Assembly (NCBI RefSeq): GCF_009914755.1
Contig: NC_060937.1
Source of the DNA: the human T2T-CHM13v2.0 reference genome, Homo sapiens
Strand: one strand, 5' to 3'
Length of the DNA: 64,000 nt
Shown: piece by piece, positions 27,315 to 40,487 of the stretch
How the letters are laid out: each line of letters begins with the position of its first letter
How positions within the stretch are numbered: position 1 is the stretch's first letter
Program-made: the position numbers and the translations under genes
The notes under the pieces: model-generated
Seen by the model: only the letters and a program-made list of their open reading frames with translations
The model's database searches: none
What the model was told of the DNA's origin: nothing

Positions 27315-28640
27315 TCTTACATTTATTAGGCACTCCTTTAGGGACATCTATTGATGTTAACATAAATGTTGGGGTTAAAAGAATTTGTTAGATTTCTCCA
27401 GCTTTGGTAGCCATGTGGATTTTTGGGGATCTTATGGAATGCCAAGGTGAATGGAATGGCCAATTGAACTAAGGCACAAGTCCCTGTCCAGTTGGACAGT
27501 AACAGGTCACAGAGGCTCCTCTTCCCACAATACCACCAGACATTAGCCCGGGGTATATGAAGAACCAAGTAGTTGCCTTTGTTTGACTCACCAGCAACGT
27601 TTAAAATGTGGATACAAGTTGAGAGTTTTCCCACGGGCCTATTGAACTTTGCTCCCTGCCTAAAGAGGCAAGAGGAGTGGTTCATATTCTCTGTGGAGAA
27701 CAAGGGGATTGCTTTAGGATCTGACCTTCGCAAGGTGGGAAAGAGCAATAATAGACTTTTGCAGGTTTTATTTCCCCATGCATCCCTGTCCTGTTATAGA
27801 GCCTACATGCAACATATTCCTTTGGGATGGGTATCACATTCTAGGGGAAATAGAACTACCTGTGTCTGAGTCTGCCCAGCAGAGCATGCATAACAGTCAC
27901 TCTTATCAAGAGCTAGTATAGAAAATTTGACCCATTTAATCCAGGCATTTATATCCCCATATCCAGTCTTAATTTCTAAAGTTTCCCTCAAGTTAGTTAC
28001 CTTAATTATTTTCACTTTCTTAGGGTCATTGTATGGTGGGTTAAAGAAGTAGTGGGACTGGGAGTTACAGTAATCCTGGTGTGCTTAGGGTGGAGTTGGT
28101 AACCAGTCTAAAAGCTAACTGTCCCACTGGAGGAATTCCTTCCTGAGATATCTATTCCTAATACATACCTCCAAGGTTCCTGGTCTAGAGTAGCTGGGTT
28201 GTTTACAGTAATTAATATAGGATTGCATTCTAAATTTCTATAGTTAAGTGCCATGGGGCCCTCATATTTGATTCTTTAAGGGTTTGTTTTTGGAAGAATG
28301 ACTCACCCAGCCTCAATATTGTGTGGTCCACCAGACCTGATTCCAGCTAGCACAGGGCTTTTCTGAGAGGGTCAAATAACGGTCTGTTTTAGGATGTAGA
28401 TATTTGTTTGCTTGTGACAACTGCCTTTAGTTCTCTAAATTTCCACAAGGTAAGACTTGGCAGGCATTAAATTTTATAGTTTGGAGCAGGTGGAGGTCTT
28501 AGCTGTGTTGACTATTGGTTTGATTCGATATTCCCTACTTTTCACCCCTAATACTGGGCCCTATCCAGTACTTAGGTCTCCTTTCACACCTTGTGTTAGG
28601 ATTCATCCTAAGCATATTTACCCCCAGTGACATAGCCTGC
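27315..28640 (-). pseudogene. HERV env remnant (SU part; TM deleted)
   Basis: ORF 27338-27748 VWWYCG...NWTGTCALVQLAIPFTLAF and ORF 27803-28015 LEIKTGYGDINAWIKWVK...CYAC are HERV-I env motifs. The 5' boundary is approximate. Confidence 0.8.
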
Positions 28641-28689
28641 TCATAGCATCCTCTTAGGTTTTCCTTAGAGTTAGCATTAAGGGTTCCTT

Positions 28690-29973
28690 ACCTGATATAT
28701 ACACTCTCCATTTACCCTTCTCCCTTCCTTCTGGGGGTTCTTTTACCAGTCTCTTGACCCGAGTGTCATGTGTCCACCCCCGGTTCAGCTGTTCGTACGG
28801 CCATTTCAGTGATTAGGAGCACTTGATGGGGACCTTCCCAGCTTGGGTGGAGCTTATCACCAGGCTGGAAATGGTAAACTTGAACTTAAGAGGCGGGGTT
28901 TGAGTTAGAAGTTCTTTTAACCTAAGGGATGACAGGGTGGAGGATATGGCCAGTATATTATCTCTTCAAAATTGCTTTTTGGTTTTCATAGTAGGAAGGT
29001 CAATAGTCCTGCCTAAATACGGGAATGCTTTGAAATGGCCTTAACCCAGGAGGTCTTCCTTCGGTAGTCTGTTTTCTAACTACCTTTTTGTTTATTCTCT
29101 GGCAGGTTACTCAATCCCCGCACACTTGTTTAGCAAGGGTATAAATCTCTATACACTCATAGTTCTTGACTATTGCATCACACATGGCTTGGGGACCCCA
29201 ATGACTTCCCTTATGCAGTATGGACATTAGTTCTCTTATTATGGGTTTGCTTATTATTTTTCTTCCATTAGGGAGCACCCATCTCCTGTCCTTAGTTTGA
29301 GTGGCCCCTACCTTGCCCAGCTTTTCCTCCTCCTCTTTAGAAAATTGGGGTTTTAATACCACCTTAGGGATGTTTGGGATTAGGTTAAACAATTTAACTT
29401 TTTCCTCCAGGGAGGCTTGCTTAGCAGCTTTATCCACAAGCCTGTTTCCTACAGCTTCTACAGTGTTTCCTTTTTGATGGCCATTTACATGGAACTATGG
29501 CTATCTCTGCTGGAAGCAAGAGGCTTTTTAAAAACTTGTTTGACCAGTTTCCCATGTACCAATTCTTTCCACCTGCTATTTATTAGGCCCTGCTTTGTCC
29601 AGATTTTTCCAAAGGTGTGTATTATTCCATAGGCATATTTGGAATTAGTATATGTAGTGACTTCTTGGCCTTCTAGGAGCTTTAGGGCCTGGTTAAGAGC
29701 ATATAATTTACAGGTTTGGGCTGACCAGTTATTGGGTAATTTATCTTTTTTACATAAGGATTGTTTGTTTTTATTAACAACAGCATAATCATTGTGTTTT
29801 TTTTACCATCTATCACTTGGGATGACCCATCCACAAACTGCCTGATTCCATTATGTAGTGGAGTTTCTTTAAGGTTTGATCTAACTTTAGTTTGATATTC
29901 TATGATATTTTAAGTTATGGTTTGGTGCCTTTTTATTCTCTCCTTTCCATAAGAAACTGGCTGGATTTAGGTT
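28690..29973 (-). pseudogene. HERV pol remnant: tether, RNase H, integrase Zn-finger and C-terminal GPY/F region
   Basis: NLNPASFL; FVDGSS; DKAAKQA; HKGSHWG...AKQVC (HHCC); WEGPHQVLLITE...WTH. Confidence 0.85.
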
Positions 29974-30459
29974 AGGAACCTTCCCAGGGCCCACTGACCC
30001 CAGGAGGAATTTGGGGAGGCAAGGGACTGACCAGCTGGACTCCCAGGATGCCTTTAGCCCAGCTCTGCTGGGTCTGACTCTGGGCCAAGAACTGCTGTTT
30101 TGAAGAGCTGCCAGCCTGTGGCACCTTCCCTGATGGGCACTCTTATCAGCAAAGGCATCCCTGGCTCCGCCCTCCCTTCCTCTTTCTTTGCTTCGAAGGC
30201 ACCATCCATCTCTCTGGAAGGCCAAGAGCTGCACTGTTTCTATTCCATGCCACCCCTGCTGGTGACCTGGCAACTGCAAAGGGTCTCTGGTTTGTCCAGC
30301 TCTGGGAGGGGACTAAGTGGCTTTTCCTCCTCTTCAGCTGCAAGGATCCTACCCCGGCCCAGCCCGGCTCTGGGATACAGAGCTTCCATATATCCCACCT
30401 CAAAGCATCTTGGCAGACTTCTCCCCAGCAGATCTCTCTCTACTTCAGGGATTGCAAAC

Positions 30460-31365
30460 TGGGAATTTCTGCTCAGCTGGCAAGATTCCTTGCCCGGGAG
30501 GATGCTATCTCTCCCAATTGGTCATGGCTGCCCTTCTAATCATTCCCCTCTCTTCCCCAGTAAACAAAATGTTCATGATTGACATTATCTTAGCCGAAGT
30601 ATAAAAACTGAGTCCTAAAAATTGATCTAGCTGCTTTGCTAATCTGAGAGAATTTCAAGAGTGGCCTCATTTCTTTTTTAAAATTCCTAACCTCAGTACT
30701 TGTTAGAGGTGCACTCACAAATCCAACCCCTCATGGGGACTTCTCTAAGAGGGTACCTGTTAGATATCTGCTGTTTAGAAGCAATAGGGAAATTCTTAAT
30801 GTTCTTCTTACATTGCTCTAATTATTTCCTCAATTTTGGATAAGGATTTAGGGAAGCATTGGGTTTAGCTCCTTCACAAGCCCCGTATTTCTCTTCCTTT
30901 GGCCTTCTTGTTGCCCCTTGATCTTCCTGTCCCCTACTTTCTGAGATGTATGGGGGCAAGCGTGTTAGGGGATTCCAGGGCTTTTCACTGGGCGAAGGCG
31001 CTTTACTATGCTCTTTTCTTCCTTTTTAAGGGGGAACATGGGAGTTAATCCACCAATCCAACAAAGCATAACTCATCTCCTCTTATGAGAATGGGGTTTT
31101 ATTATTCACATAGAGAATTAAAGCTTGGCATACCTCATCTGAGCCAAACTTAGGCTGAAAGACTGAAGGCTGACAAATGGGCTCTTTGGGCCAGATAAAA
31201 CGCAATACTTTAATATCTTTTGCTTTTCCTTGTCCCTGGTTTGAGGATTATCCCTTCAAACCTGCAACATTTCTCCCCAGTGGACTATCTGGGAGAATGT
31301 CACAAGGGGTCTTTTTAGTTCCCTCTTTCTTTTGTTCCCTAGACCTAGAATTTCTGGTTCCCATT
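30460..31365 (-). pseudogene. HERV gag remnant (N-terminal to mid-capsid)
   Basis: Minus-strand translation includes QLDQFLG...NILFTGEERGMIRRAAMTNWER*HPPGQGILPAEQKFP. Confidence 0.8.
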
Positions 31366-31735
31366 TTCAGTTAGTCTCTGTATCTGAGCTTTACCCTCTG
31401 TACTTAACTCCCTTACTGGAGATTTCTTGCACACCTCTTTGTATTCAACCTCCCTGACTGGCGGTTTCTTGCACATCCTGAGTCCTCCAAAAATGTCCAA
31501 CCACCAAGGCAGTACATACAGTCCAATTTTCCTACCTTGGCTAGTGCATGAGGTTGCCTGGTTACTGCAGTGCCTGCTTTTCTCCCTGTGTCACTTCCGT
31601 TGTCTCCTGAATAACAGTTTCGGGTTTCTCTATGGCTTTTGTGGGGAGCCGGGACTTCCAGAGAGAGCAGGCCACATAAACCAAGTGGGATGCATCTCCC
31701 CTCTCAGTCGGAGCTTCACTCCACGCAGGCACAGA

Positions 31736-31755
31736 GATCCCCGTGTGGGCCATCG
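31736..31755 (-). other. Primer-binding site complementary to tRNA-Ile
   Basis: Minus strand cgatggcccacacggggatc versus the tRNA-Ile(AAU) PBS TGGTGGCCCGTACGGGGATC, 3 nt downstream of the 5' LTR end (...tttcaca). Confidence 0.8.
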
Positions 31756-31758
31756 GGT

Positions 31759-32331
31759 TGTGAAAAACAAACTCACCCGTCCAAACTCAAAAATGGACTC
31801 AGACCAGAGAACAGCGAAAGTGAGACTTTAATGATGGTCTTGCAAGGTTGGGTGTTTAGTAGCACACGCAGCACAGTTTTAACAAGCAATTTATCCCCTA
31901 CTGCTCAGGTCCCTCCCCCAGTTCCTTATAGGCTGACTACTATCGGGTTACAATTTTCCCGGACATGCCTATTGTTGGTTGGGTAGGGGCTTCAGATGGT
32001 TTTCTGGGGGAATGTCTTGCTGCATTTTGTTGCAGCCCACAATGCATTACAATCCTAGTTAGCTCAGGGGCTCTTCAAGTATTTGACTTATGACCTAAGT
32101 AGCTGGGCAAGCTGATAAGAACAGACAAAGGGAGCTATTTTGCAGGCTGATAAACTTTCATTTTAGACTAAACTTCTTTGGTTCAGGTGAGGGCAACTAA
32201 GGCTGACAAGCAGGCATTGGCTATCCAAGCAGGGCCTAGTATATCCTGTTTTCTCTGACTAGTTTGCTGACCTAAGCCAATTTAAGGCATTTTGTCTTGG
32301 AAACGGAGCACTGTATGTATTATTTCCTTCA
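31759..32331 (-). mobile_element. 5' LTR (complete, TG...CA)
   Basis: Minus strand TGAAGG...TTTCACA; TATA-like tataag near 31925-31930; ATTAAA at 31828-31833. Confidence 0.9.
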
Positions 32332-32611
32332 CTTAGTCACAGATAATATTTAATGTAAACCAGTGAAAGACTATGACTTTGTGTGCAGATGATCTAAAAG
32401 CTTTGACAGTTTTGAATTGAGATTCCCTTGGCAGAGAATTTTATTGAAGGGTTATGCCTGCTGAGGTGAACATAAAGGTCTGGAAGCCAGAAGTCATAAC
32501 ATCTGAAGGGACAACTTTCTATTTTTACCAATAAGTCATATCTATATTATTTTGGTACCTACCACTTAAGAGGCAACTAAAAGCTACCAATATATAGATA
32601 AAAAGACAGAA

Positions 32612-32665
32612 GAGATAGCTAGATAGATAGCTAGATAGATAGATAGATTGATTGATTGATTGATT
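32612..32665 (+). repeat. (GATA)n(GATT)n microsatellite
   Basis: gatagctagatagatagctagatagatagatagattgattgattgattgatt. Confidence 0.9.
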
Positions 32666-33292
32666 TTGGGAGGAAGGGTGTCTTTTTTTGGTTTGTGTTT
32701 TGGCAAGCTAGTGCTAAAATCAAATGTGAAAGCAATTCAGTTAAGACTGTTGAGCATTACTCTGGTGAGTACTAAATACAATACACGTGGTTCTTGCCAT
32801 GAAAACAAGTGATTTATATTGATTTTTTTTCAACAGCTCCAAAGAATAATGAACTCTTTCTAGTGTCATGTGGACTTCTCTGTTTCTATTTATTTTACAG
32901 AGGTCTTCACATGTTCTGCTGTGTCTGGCAATATGTGTTGATGGGTTGATTTATTCATCTTGTTTTCCAGTTTGTAATGACAGCTTTTAAATTAAGATAC
33001 AGTTTTAAAAGGTGGTAAATAAATGGATAAGGAAGCCCCAGTAGACAGAAATAATGCTATTCAAGATCCCAGCATGAAAACCCCTCCCTGAGCTATTCTG
33101 CAAAACCAATATGAATAATCTTTAAAAGTTCCTCACATCCTGTTTCACCTAGCCTAAAACGTAATTTAATGGAATGATTCTACAAATGGAATGGACTTAC
33201 TATTCCCAGCTGGCATCCATGAAAAGTAAAAATCTCCATAGAGTTTCAACTAAAATGTCATCAGATGATTAGAGTGAATACTCACAGGCTAA

Positions 33293-33638
<346 letters not shown>

Positions 33639-33641
33639 TGA

Positions 33642-33967
<326 letters not shown>

Positions 33968-35142
33968 GTTTTTAATAATTTTTTTTCCCATTTGACATAG
34001 TTTTGTTTTCCTGCGTGTGTCTTTTCAGAGTGGCTTTAACAATAGCTCAGGCTCCTGGAAATGAGGTTTAAAAAGTAAGATGGCTTGGAAATGCAAGACG
34101 TCAAATATACAGAGGGAAAAGTCTCTAAGAGTACTCTGGTGAAGAGTGTATATTTTATTTCCTAAGAAGTCATTTCTGAGAGAGTGCAAAAATAATAATT
34201 AATATTAATTAATTAAATGATAAAACAAAAAGTATTTCTACAAACCCAAGAGGAAACCTCTCGTTACCTTTTTATGTCATTTTGGTGATGACCTAGTTTA
34301 AAATTCAAAGGAGATAAAAGTACAGTGATGCTTGTTTTTTCCTTGTCTCTTGCTTTTTTGCACCTCCTATTCCCCTCGTGCTTTCTAAAGCCTCTTTCAT
34401 GGCTGACTCCTGCAATTTTACCATTTTGTCTCAGCAGCCCTGTCCCTTTCCTTATTTTCCATATATTCCTTCTTTGTAATACAAACATGTTTTGTTGCTC
34501 ATATTTGCATTAGGGGTTCTACCATTTTAACAATATCCACAGGATTCTCCTGCTTTTTTTTTTTTTTTGTCATTTATAGTTCTTGAAGAGCTTTTTTACT
34601 TACCCCAGAGGATAATCTACCACTTGTATTACTTCTGACAGATGAGGATTTTAAATCTTTGCTTATTGTTTGTCTTAGTTTTACTTGTAGTTGGCCCCCA
34701 CAGCCCTAGATGCAATCTCTTGTGTTTTCACTTATGCAGATGTCTGTAATGAAAGGAAACACTTGGGAACACCACAGAGAAAACACAGCTATTCTACTAT
34801 AACCAGAGCCACAGTGCTAAATGATCTCCAGCAAAAAATAAAAATAAAATAAAACAGAAGGCGAATTGAAAGAAGTGAAAGGCTTGCACTGTAATTCAAA
34901 AGAACTAAACAGATGAGGCATTTATAAGGTCATGCACACACCAGCATAAATACTGAAGTAGTCCCCATAACACTCATACTCTGGAACGACTTGTACATTT
35001 TCTTTTTGTGAATATGCTTCAGCCTATAATCTCATAATAGGGATAAGAGTTCTAACAACCTTTTTATCTTCACATGTTGGTGAGTGTTACATTAAACAAG
35101 AAGAATTTCACTTTTTTGATTAAATGGACAAAAATGATACTA

Positions 35143-35523
<381 letters not shown>

Positions 35524-37702
35524 TCATGCAATTGTCATCACAAATGCTGTAGAAATTCATTGACTTTTCTTGTTTTGTAGGTTAGACAGAACTGACAGTG
35601 ATCTACTGAATCACTTTCAAAGCCAAAATCTAATGCTTTTACTTTGAAATATCACCAGAATAAACCGGCCACCATCATCCTGTATATAAAATTTTCTCAT
35701 CTAACATATAATTCCCTTTTTTCAAATATTGAAACATGTATATAGTTTCATTATACATGTAAACATGTAAAAATAATGGAACATGTAAATAGTTCAATTA
35801 TTTCAGAGGCCAAACATTTGGACAATTTAGGTAAAATTACTCTTCTATATGTATCCTTCTAAAATTAATCCTTAAAGTGGCCTATAGATTTAGTTTTCTT
35901 GAAATTTCTGAGTTACAAACACATTCAATGTTTCTTTTGGGCCCTTTGTTTATTGTCATATAGCAATGTAAATTACTTGAGAATGAAATAGTGGTTAGGT
36001 AGAATCATGAATACATGTAAATAAAACCAGCTACTGCTACTCATTAGATGTACTGTTCTGTCAAGAAACAACCACGACGTCACATTTATTAAAAGTAATG
36101 ATAATACTTAGACAATTAATAAGGTCTGGACTGTTTTCAGATTCTTTGAAACCCACAAATAACCATTAAAAAGGAAATCTGGGAAAAACTAGAATTTAAA
36201 AGACATGCTTAAAAATCGAATATGAAAAATGAAAAAACAGCATTTTAAAATATACGTTCTATCATGACAATTGAAATTATTTTAACTCGTTAATATTCAT
36301 CATTTTGTGCTCAGAAATATTTGAAGGGTAATATTCTAAATGGTGCTTTTTGCTATTAATACATTAACATTATTGCTACATCTTAAACATGTTTATCAAA
36401 AAATTTCTAATCCAAAAATTCAACACCAATGTTGCCCTTGAGGGACATTACTTCTAATCATACTTATATAATGTGGCCTTAGGAATTACTTTTCTAGTGA
36501 ACTAAAAACCAGTTCAAGCCCTAAACCATGAGGCAAGTGTATAAATCCTGCCTACAAAAAGAAAAGTGTTTGCAGCTAACTGGTAGACAAATCAATGAGT
36601 TCCTTGATCCATGTAGATATGAACCATTAACAAATGATGCAGTGAGAAAAAGGACTTTCTCAGTTAGTTGTCGGTGTATTTTGTGACAAGGCAAAAATAA
36701 CGTTTAGATAAAAGAAGACCTAAGGTGAAATGTGTGGAATTGATCTCATCCCCACAGGCCTGGCTTGACTTGTGTAAGAGACTTTGTGTGTGAATGCATA
36801 TGTTTTCATTTGTCAGTGGTGATTCTTAAAAGGTTTGTGCATAAGTGATTTTCTCTCACCAGTAGACTTGAATTAAGTGAAGCATTAAGGAAATAAATTT
36901 GTCTCCACTGAAAAGACAAGTTTCTAACTATTTTGTAAAATCTCATCTAAATGAATAGAGTTTCACTTTGGTGAAGAGGTTTATTCTTAGAAAGAACTCC
37001 CAATTCTTTATACTCCAGTTCTGTAAAAAAAAAAAAAAAAAAAAAAAAATCAGGTGCTTTCCATGTGCTTGACAAATAGTAAATGTTTAATGAATACTGT
37101 TGAATTTCATAAAGAAATTCAAAATTCAATGTTGACATAGAATAGAGTTTGGTTAGTGTTAACAATAAATGAAAGAAAACAATGGAAAATGAAGCAAACT
37201 TTCTAGATTAAGGAAATGTATAATTGCATTTAATCTGGAATAATGTACAGAAAGTCAGAAAATATATAAAAAATTGCAGTGGTTGCATCTTAAAGGGATT
37301 ACAAAAAGTGAATATTTAGACTTACAAAATCAATTACTAATATTATGAAACACATCTGTATTTTAAACATAATATATTAAATATATCTCATAAAAATTCT
37401 TCCAATATTTCATTAACATGTTTTTTCATGAAGTGTTAATTACACTGAAGAGGAGCAAAAATGGAGGGAGCAATAATAAAGCAATTCTACCATATTAGAA
37501 TTGATTAAAAATCAATAATGCAATAGATTAAACACCTCTTAAATGGTAATATGGGAATAGAAAAATGCAACGTGGTTTGCTAAACTTCCGGTTATACATA
37601 TTTTTCCAGAGAGGTGGCAGGATATATTGGAAAGGGCACTCTCCCACTACCTGGGTTTGGTGATGTTTCTTGTACCCACAAGAATGGCATGATTGTGGCA
37701 GT

Positions 37703-37776
37703 AGCTTTGCCAACCTCTCAGGGTAATATCTGAAGTCCAAGCTTTGCCGACCTCTCAGGCTAATATCTGAAGTCCA
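37703..37776. repeat. 37-bp tandem duplication
   Basis: agctttgcc(a/g)acctctcagg(g/c)taatatctgaagtcca x2, two mismatches. Confidence 0.9.
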
Positions 37777-37904
37777 GTCAACTTGTAAAACAAATATTTA
37801 TGTTTGTCAGTGTCAGGTTGTTGAACCCCAGACAAGTCAATTAATAAGCTCTCTGCACTTTGTAGGTGTAGCAGTAGAGCCATGACCTACAATAGCTCTT
37901 TTTC

Positions 37905-38480
37905 ATAACTGAAAATAATTATTATCACCATTTCACAGATTAAAAATCTGAGCTTTACAGAGGTGCAGTAACTTGCCCAAGGCCACCATCACTAGAGCTG
38001 TGATTCTGAACTCAGGCCTGATTCCCAGCAACATATATTAATACTTTCCCTTTCTGACTTTCGATTTTCTTGATGTCTCAAAGTTTTCTGCCTTGTTTGT
38101 AAAATGAACAACATATCATCTAATTCAAAACCTTGTCAGGATGAAATTAGGAACAATAGATGATACATAAAGGGCATAACTCAATCCCTGGCATATATAA
38201 AATTCTTTTAAAAAACAAATATTTGTTACTCTAAGATCAAATGGCTAGCAAGGAAACACTACAGAATCATGGTCAAGGGGGCCTGCTTTAGGCTGAGACT
38301 CACTGGGCTGGGGCCATGTCCCACCTTTGCCCCTTATTACATATAACCTTGAGCAATACATCAGCTCCCCTGTGGCTCTCTTTTGTAAATGGGAGTTATA
38401 ACTTGATCTCTCTCATTAACCTGTTTGAGGATTAAATGAAATAACACATGAAAAGTATGTTACCTGCGACATAAGGAGCA
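37905..38480. mobile_element. Cluster of three MIR fragments
   Basis: ccatttcacagattaaaaatctgag...cttgcccaaggcc (minus); tttgtaaaatg...aggatgaaatt and tgtaaatggg...gaggattaaatgaaataa (plus). Confidence 0.6.
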
Positions 38481-39644
38481 CCTGTGGTAATGCAGAAATA
38501 TTTTGTAAAGCATTTAAATATTCTACATTATTTGTCTTCATTTAAATTTATAATCATAGACAGAAAGCTAAAATAAGATTTCAGAAAACAATCATTTTTC
38601 CATGACATGTAATTCAATACAATAACATCCCTTTATGAAAACTAATAGTACCACAGCTAAAAATAAGGAAGCTATGCAAATGATATGACACATTTTATAG
38701 TGAATACATACAGGGTTCATATTTTAATTTAAAAAATGTCTTTGTGTTTTTTTTAGATGAAAAAAAGTTCCAAAGACCATGTTTGAAAAGTCAATCTTTA
38801 AATGTGTTCCAGTAATTACCCAGGCAATCTAAAATTGATATGATTGATTGAAATAATTGATTGCAGCCTGCCAACTTTACCTTTCTTAATTATAAAATAC
38901 AATTTCAGTTTCGTGCCTTCCAAACCAAGGTTTACAAAAGCTAAGAGAACTATTCCGCTCAGCCTCTGATTATATCAGCAGTGCCATTTTTCAGGTCCTA
39001 TCAGATTGGGTTTGGATGATAATTACTTGGAGAGTGTTTGATCTCAATGATGAATACATGATTAGTTTTTCATGAAATCAGTCAACCACACCGCACAGCA
39101 CTACTCATGTGAGACCTTGTTGATTTAGCTGTTAGAAAGCACACATTTCCCTCGGTTCATATATGGGACATCAGTCTTTGGGGAAAAGAGGGTAGAAAAA
39201 GGCCAAGTTTATGGGTAATGATATTGCAGAGTCAGGTATTTAAGATTTGCTAATTTTCTTCTCAGTTATACTCATGACTTACCTCGTTGTCATACCTACT
39301 ACATGACCACAGTTTCTATCTCAGTTGTGGCATATATTGTTTTGTTTTTTCAAAAGAAAGAAAAAGATTTTATGACACTATTGTTATCTCTCAACCCCTT
39401 AGAGGGTTTTGCCTCGATGAATAATATTTTATATGTGAAATGTTTATGTGATTTTTCATGGAGTGATAACCCCACTACTGCTTAACTTTGATGCATTGCA
39501 ATCACTGGTTTTCTTCACTAAAGTGCTTTTACACACCCCTCCCATAAATTGACTTAAGAGTTAGAAATGGAACATACGACACAACTTGGATGCTCAATGG
39601 AAAATTGCCTAAGAAAGTATTTTATGTTAGGTTTACAAAGTAAT

Positions 39645-39648
<4 letters not shown>

Positions 39649-39690
<42 letters not shown>
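39649..39690 (+). repeat. (AC)21 microsatellite
   Basis: Perfect AC run. Confidence 0.95.
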
Positions 39691-39692
<2 letters not shown>

Positions 39693-40286
39693 TTTCTAGA
39701 AGGCCTGGTTTGAGGATGTTGTGTTTCTTTGTTGATTTGTGTCTGTGTATATGTGTGTTTTTCTACGATATAAGCTGTTTCTCTGAGTCAATATAACTTG
39801 CATTTTCTTAAATTTCAAGTGATCATATTCAAAGATCAGATAAAAGGATCCAGTTGTCAGTCTTTAAACAGCATGCATTTGTTTAAAAAGATAGAAGCAT
39901 TGAACTTTGAAAGAAAAAGAAAATAAATTCTGTTTATTTTCTGTATTTGTCTGATGTTATTGACTTAAGAAAAGTCCTACAATAAAAATTCTTTAGATTA
40001 TTTTTAATGAAAAGATACTTTATAAATGTAAAGTTTTAAATTTTTAGCTAATTTTCATAATTAAAAAGTCACTTTGAAGAAAGATTATATATACCATGTA
40101 TTTCTATTTAATTTGGATTATTCTGTCTCAAAAAAAAATCTTTATCACAGTGTCAAATAATACTTTTGCCAAGACATGTCCAGTTTTTTAGGGTAAAGGA
40201 AGTAACTATTTTGGAAACCTATCTGAATGTTTTGAAATCTAAACTCTAGTTTTAATTCCATAACTGAGACATTGGGACATTTTATA

Positions 40287-40487
40287 CCAGGGTTTCTCAA
40301 CCTGAAAGCTACTGACATTTTAGACCAGATCATGACACTTCTTTGTTGTGAAGGACTGTCCTGTGCATTTTTACCAGGTTCCCCTCTACCCACTAGATGC
40401 CAGTGGCACCTCCATGCCAATCTTATCACGTCTCTAGATATCGACAAATGTCCTTTGGGGTCAGTGTTGCCCCAACTGAGAACTATT
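40287..40487. mobile_element. MER20 (hAT-Charlie)
   Basis: cagggtttctcaacc...ctgacattttagaccagat...ctctacccactagatgccagt...aaatgtcctttgggg...tgagaact. Confidence 0.85.

Larger units (their letters stand above)
26750..32331 (-). mobile_element. Deleted HERV-I/IP-ADP-group (ERV1) provirus
   Basis: Two homologous LTRs, tRNA-Ile-like PBS, PPT, and gag, RNase H/integrase and env remnants in retroviral order on the minus strand. Confidence 0.9.

Noticed and set aside
30100-30582. 160-aa plus-strand ORF
   Set aside because: Non-ATG start, antisense to gag in its 3' part, no recognisable domain; explained by high GC of the insert.
37606-37622. CTCF-like AGGTGGCAG core
   Set aside because: The 5' half (cagag) does not fit the CCASY consensus.
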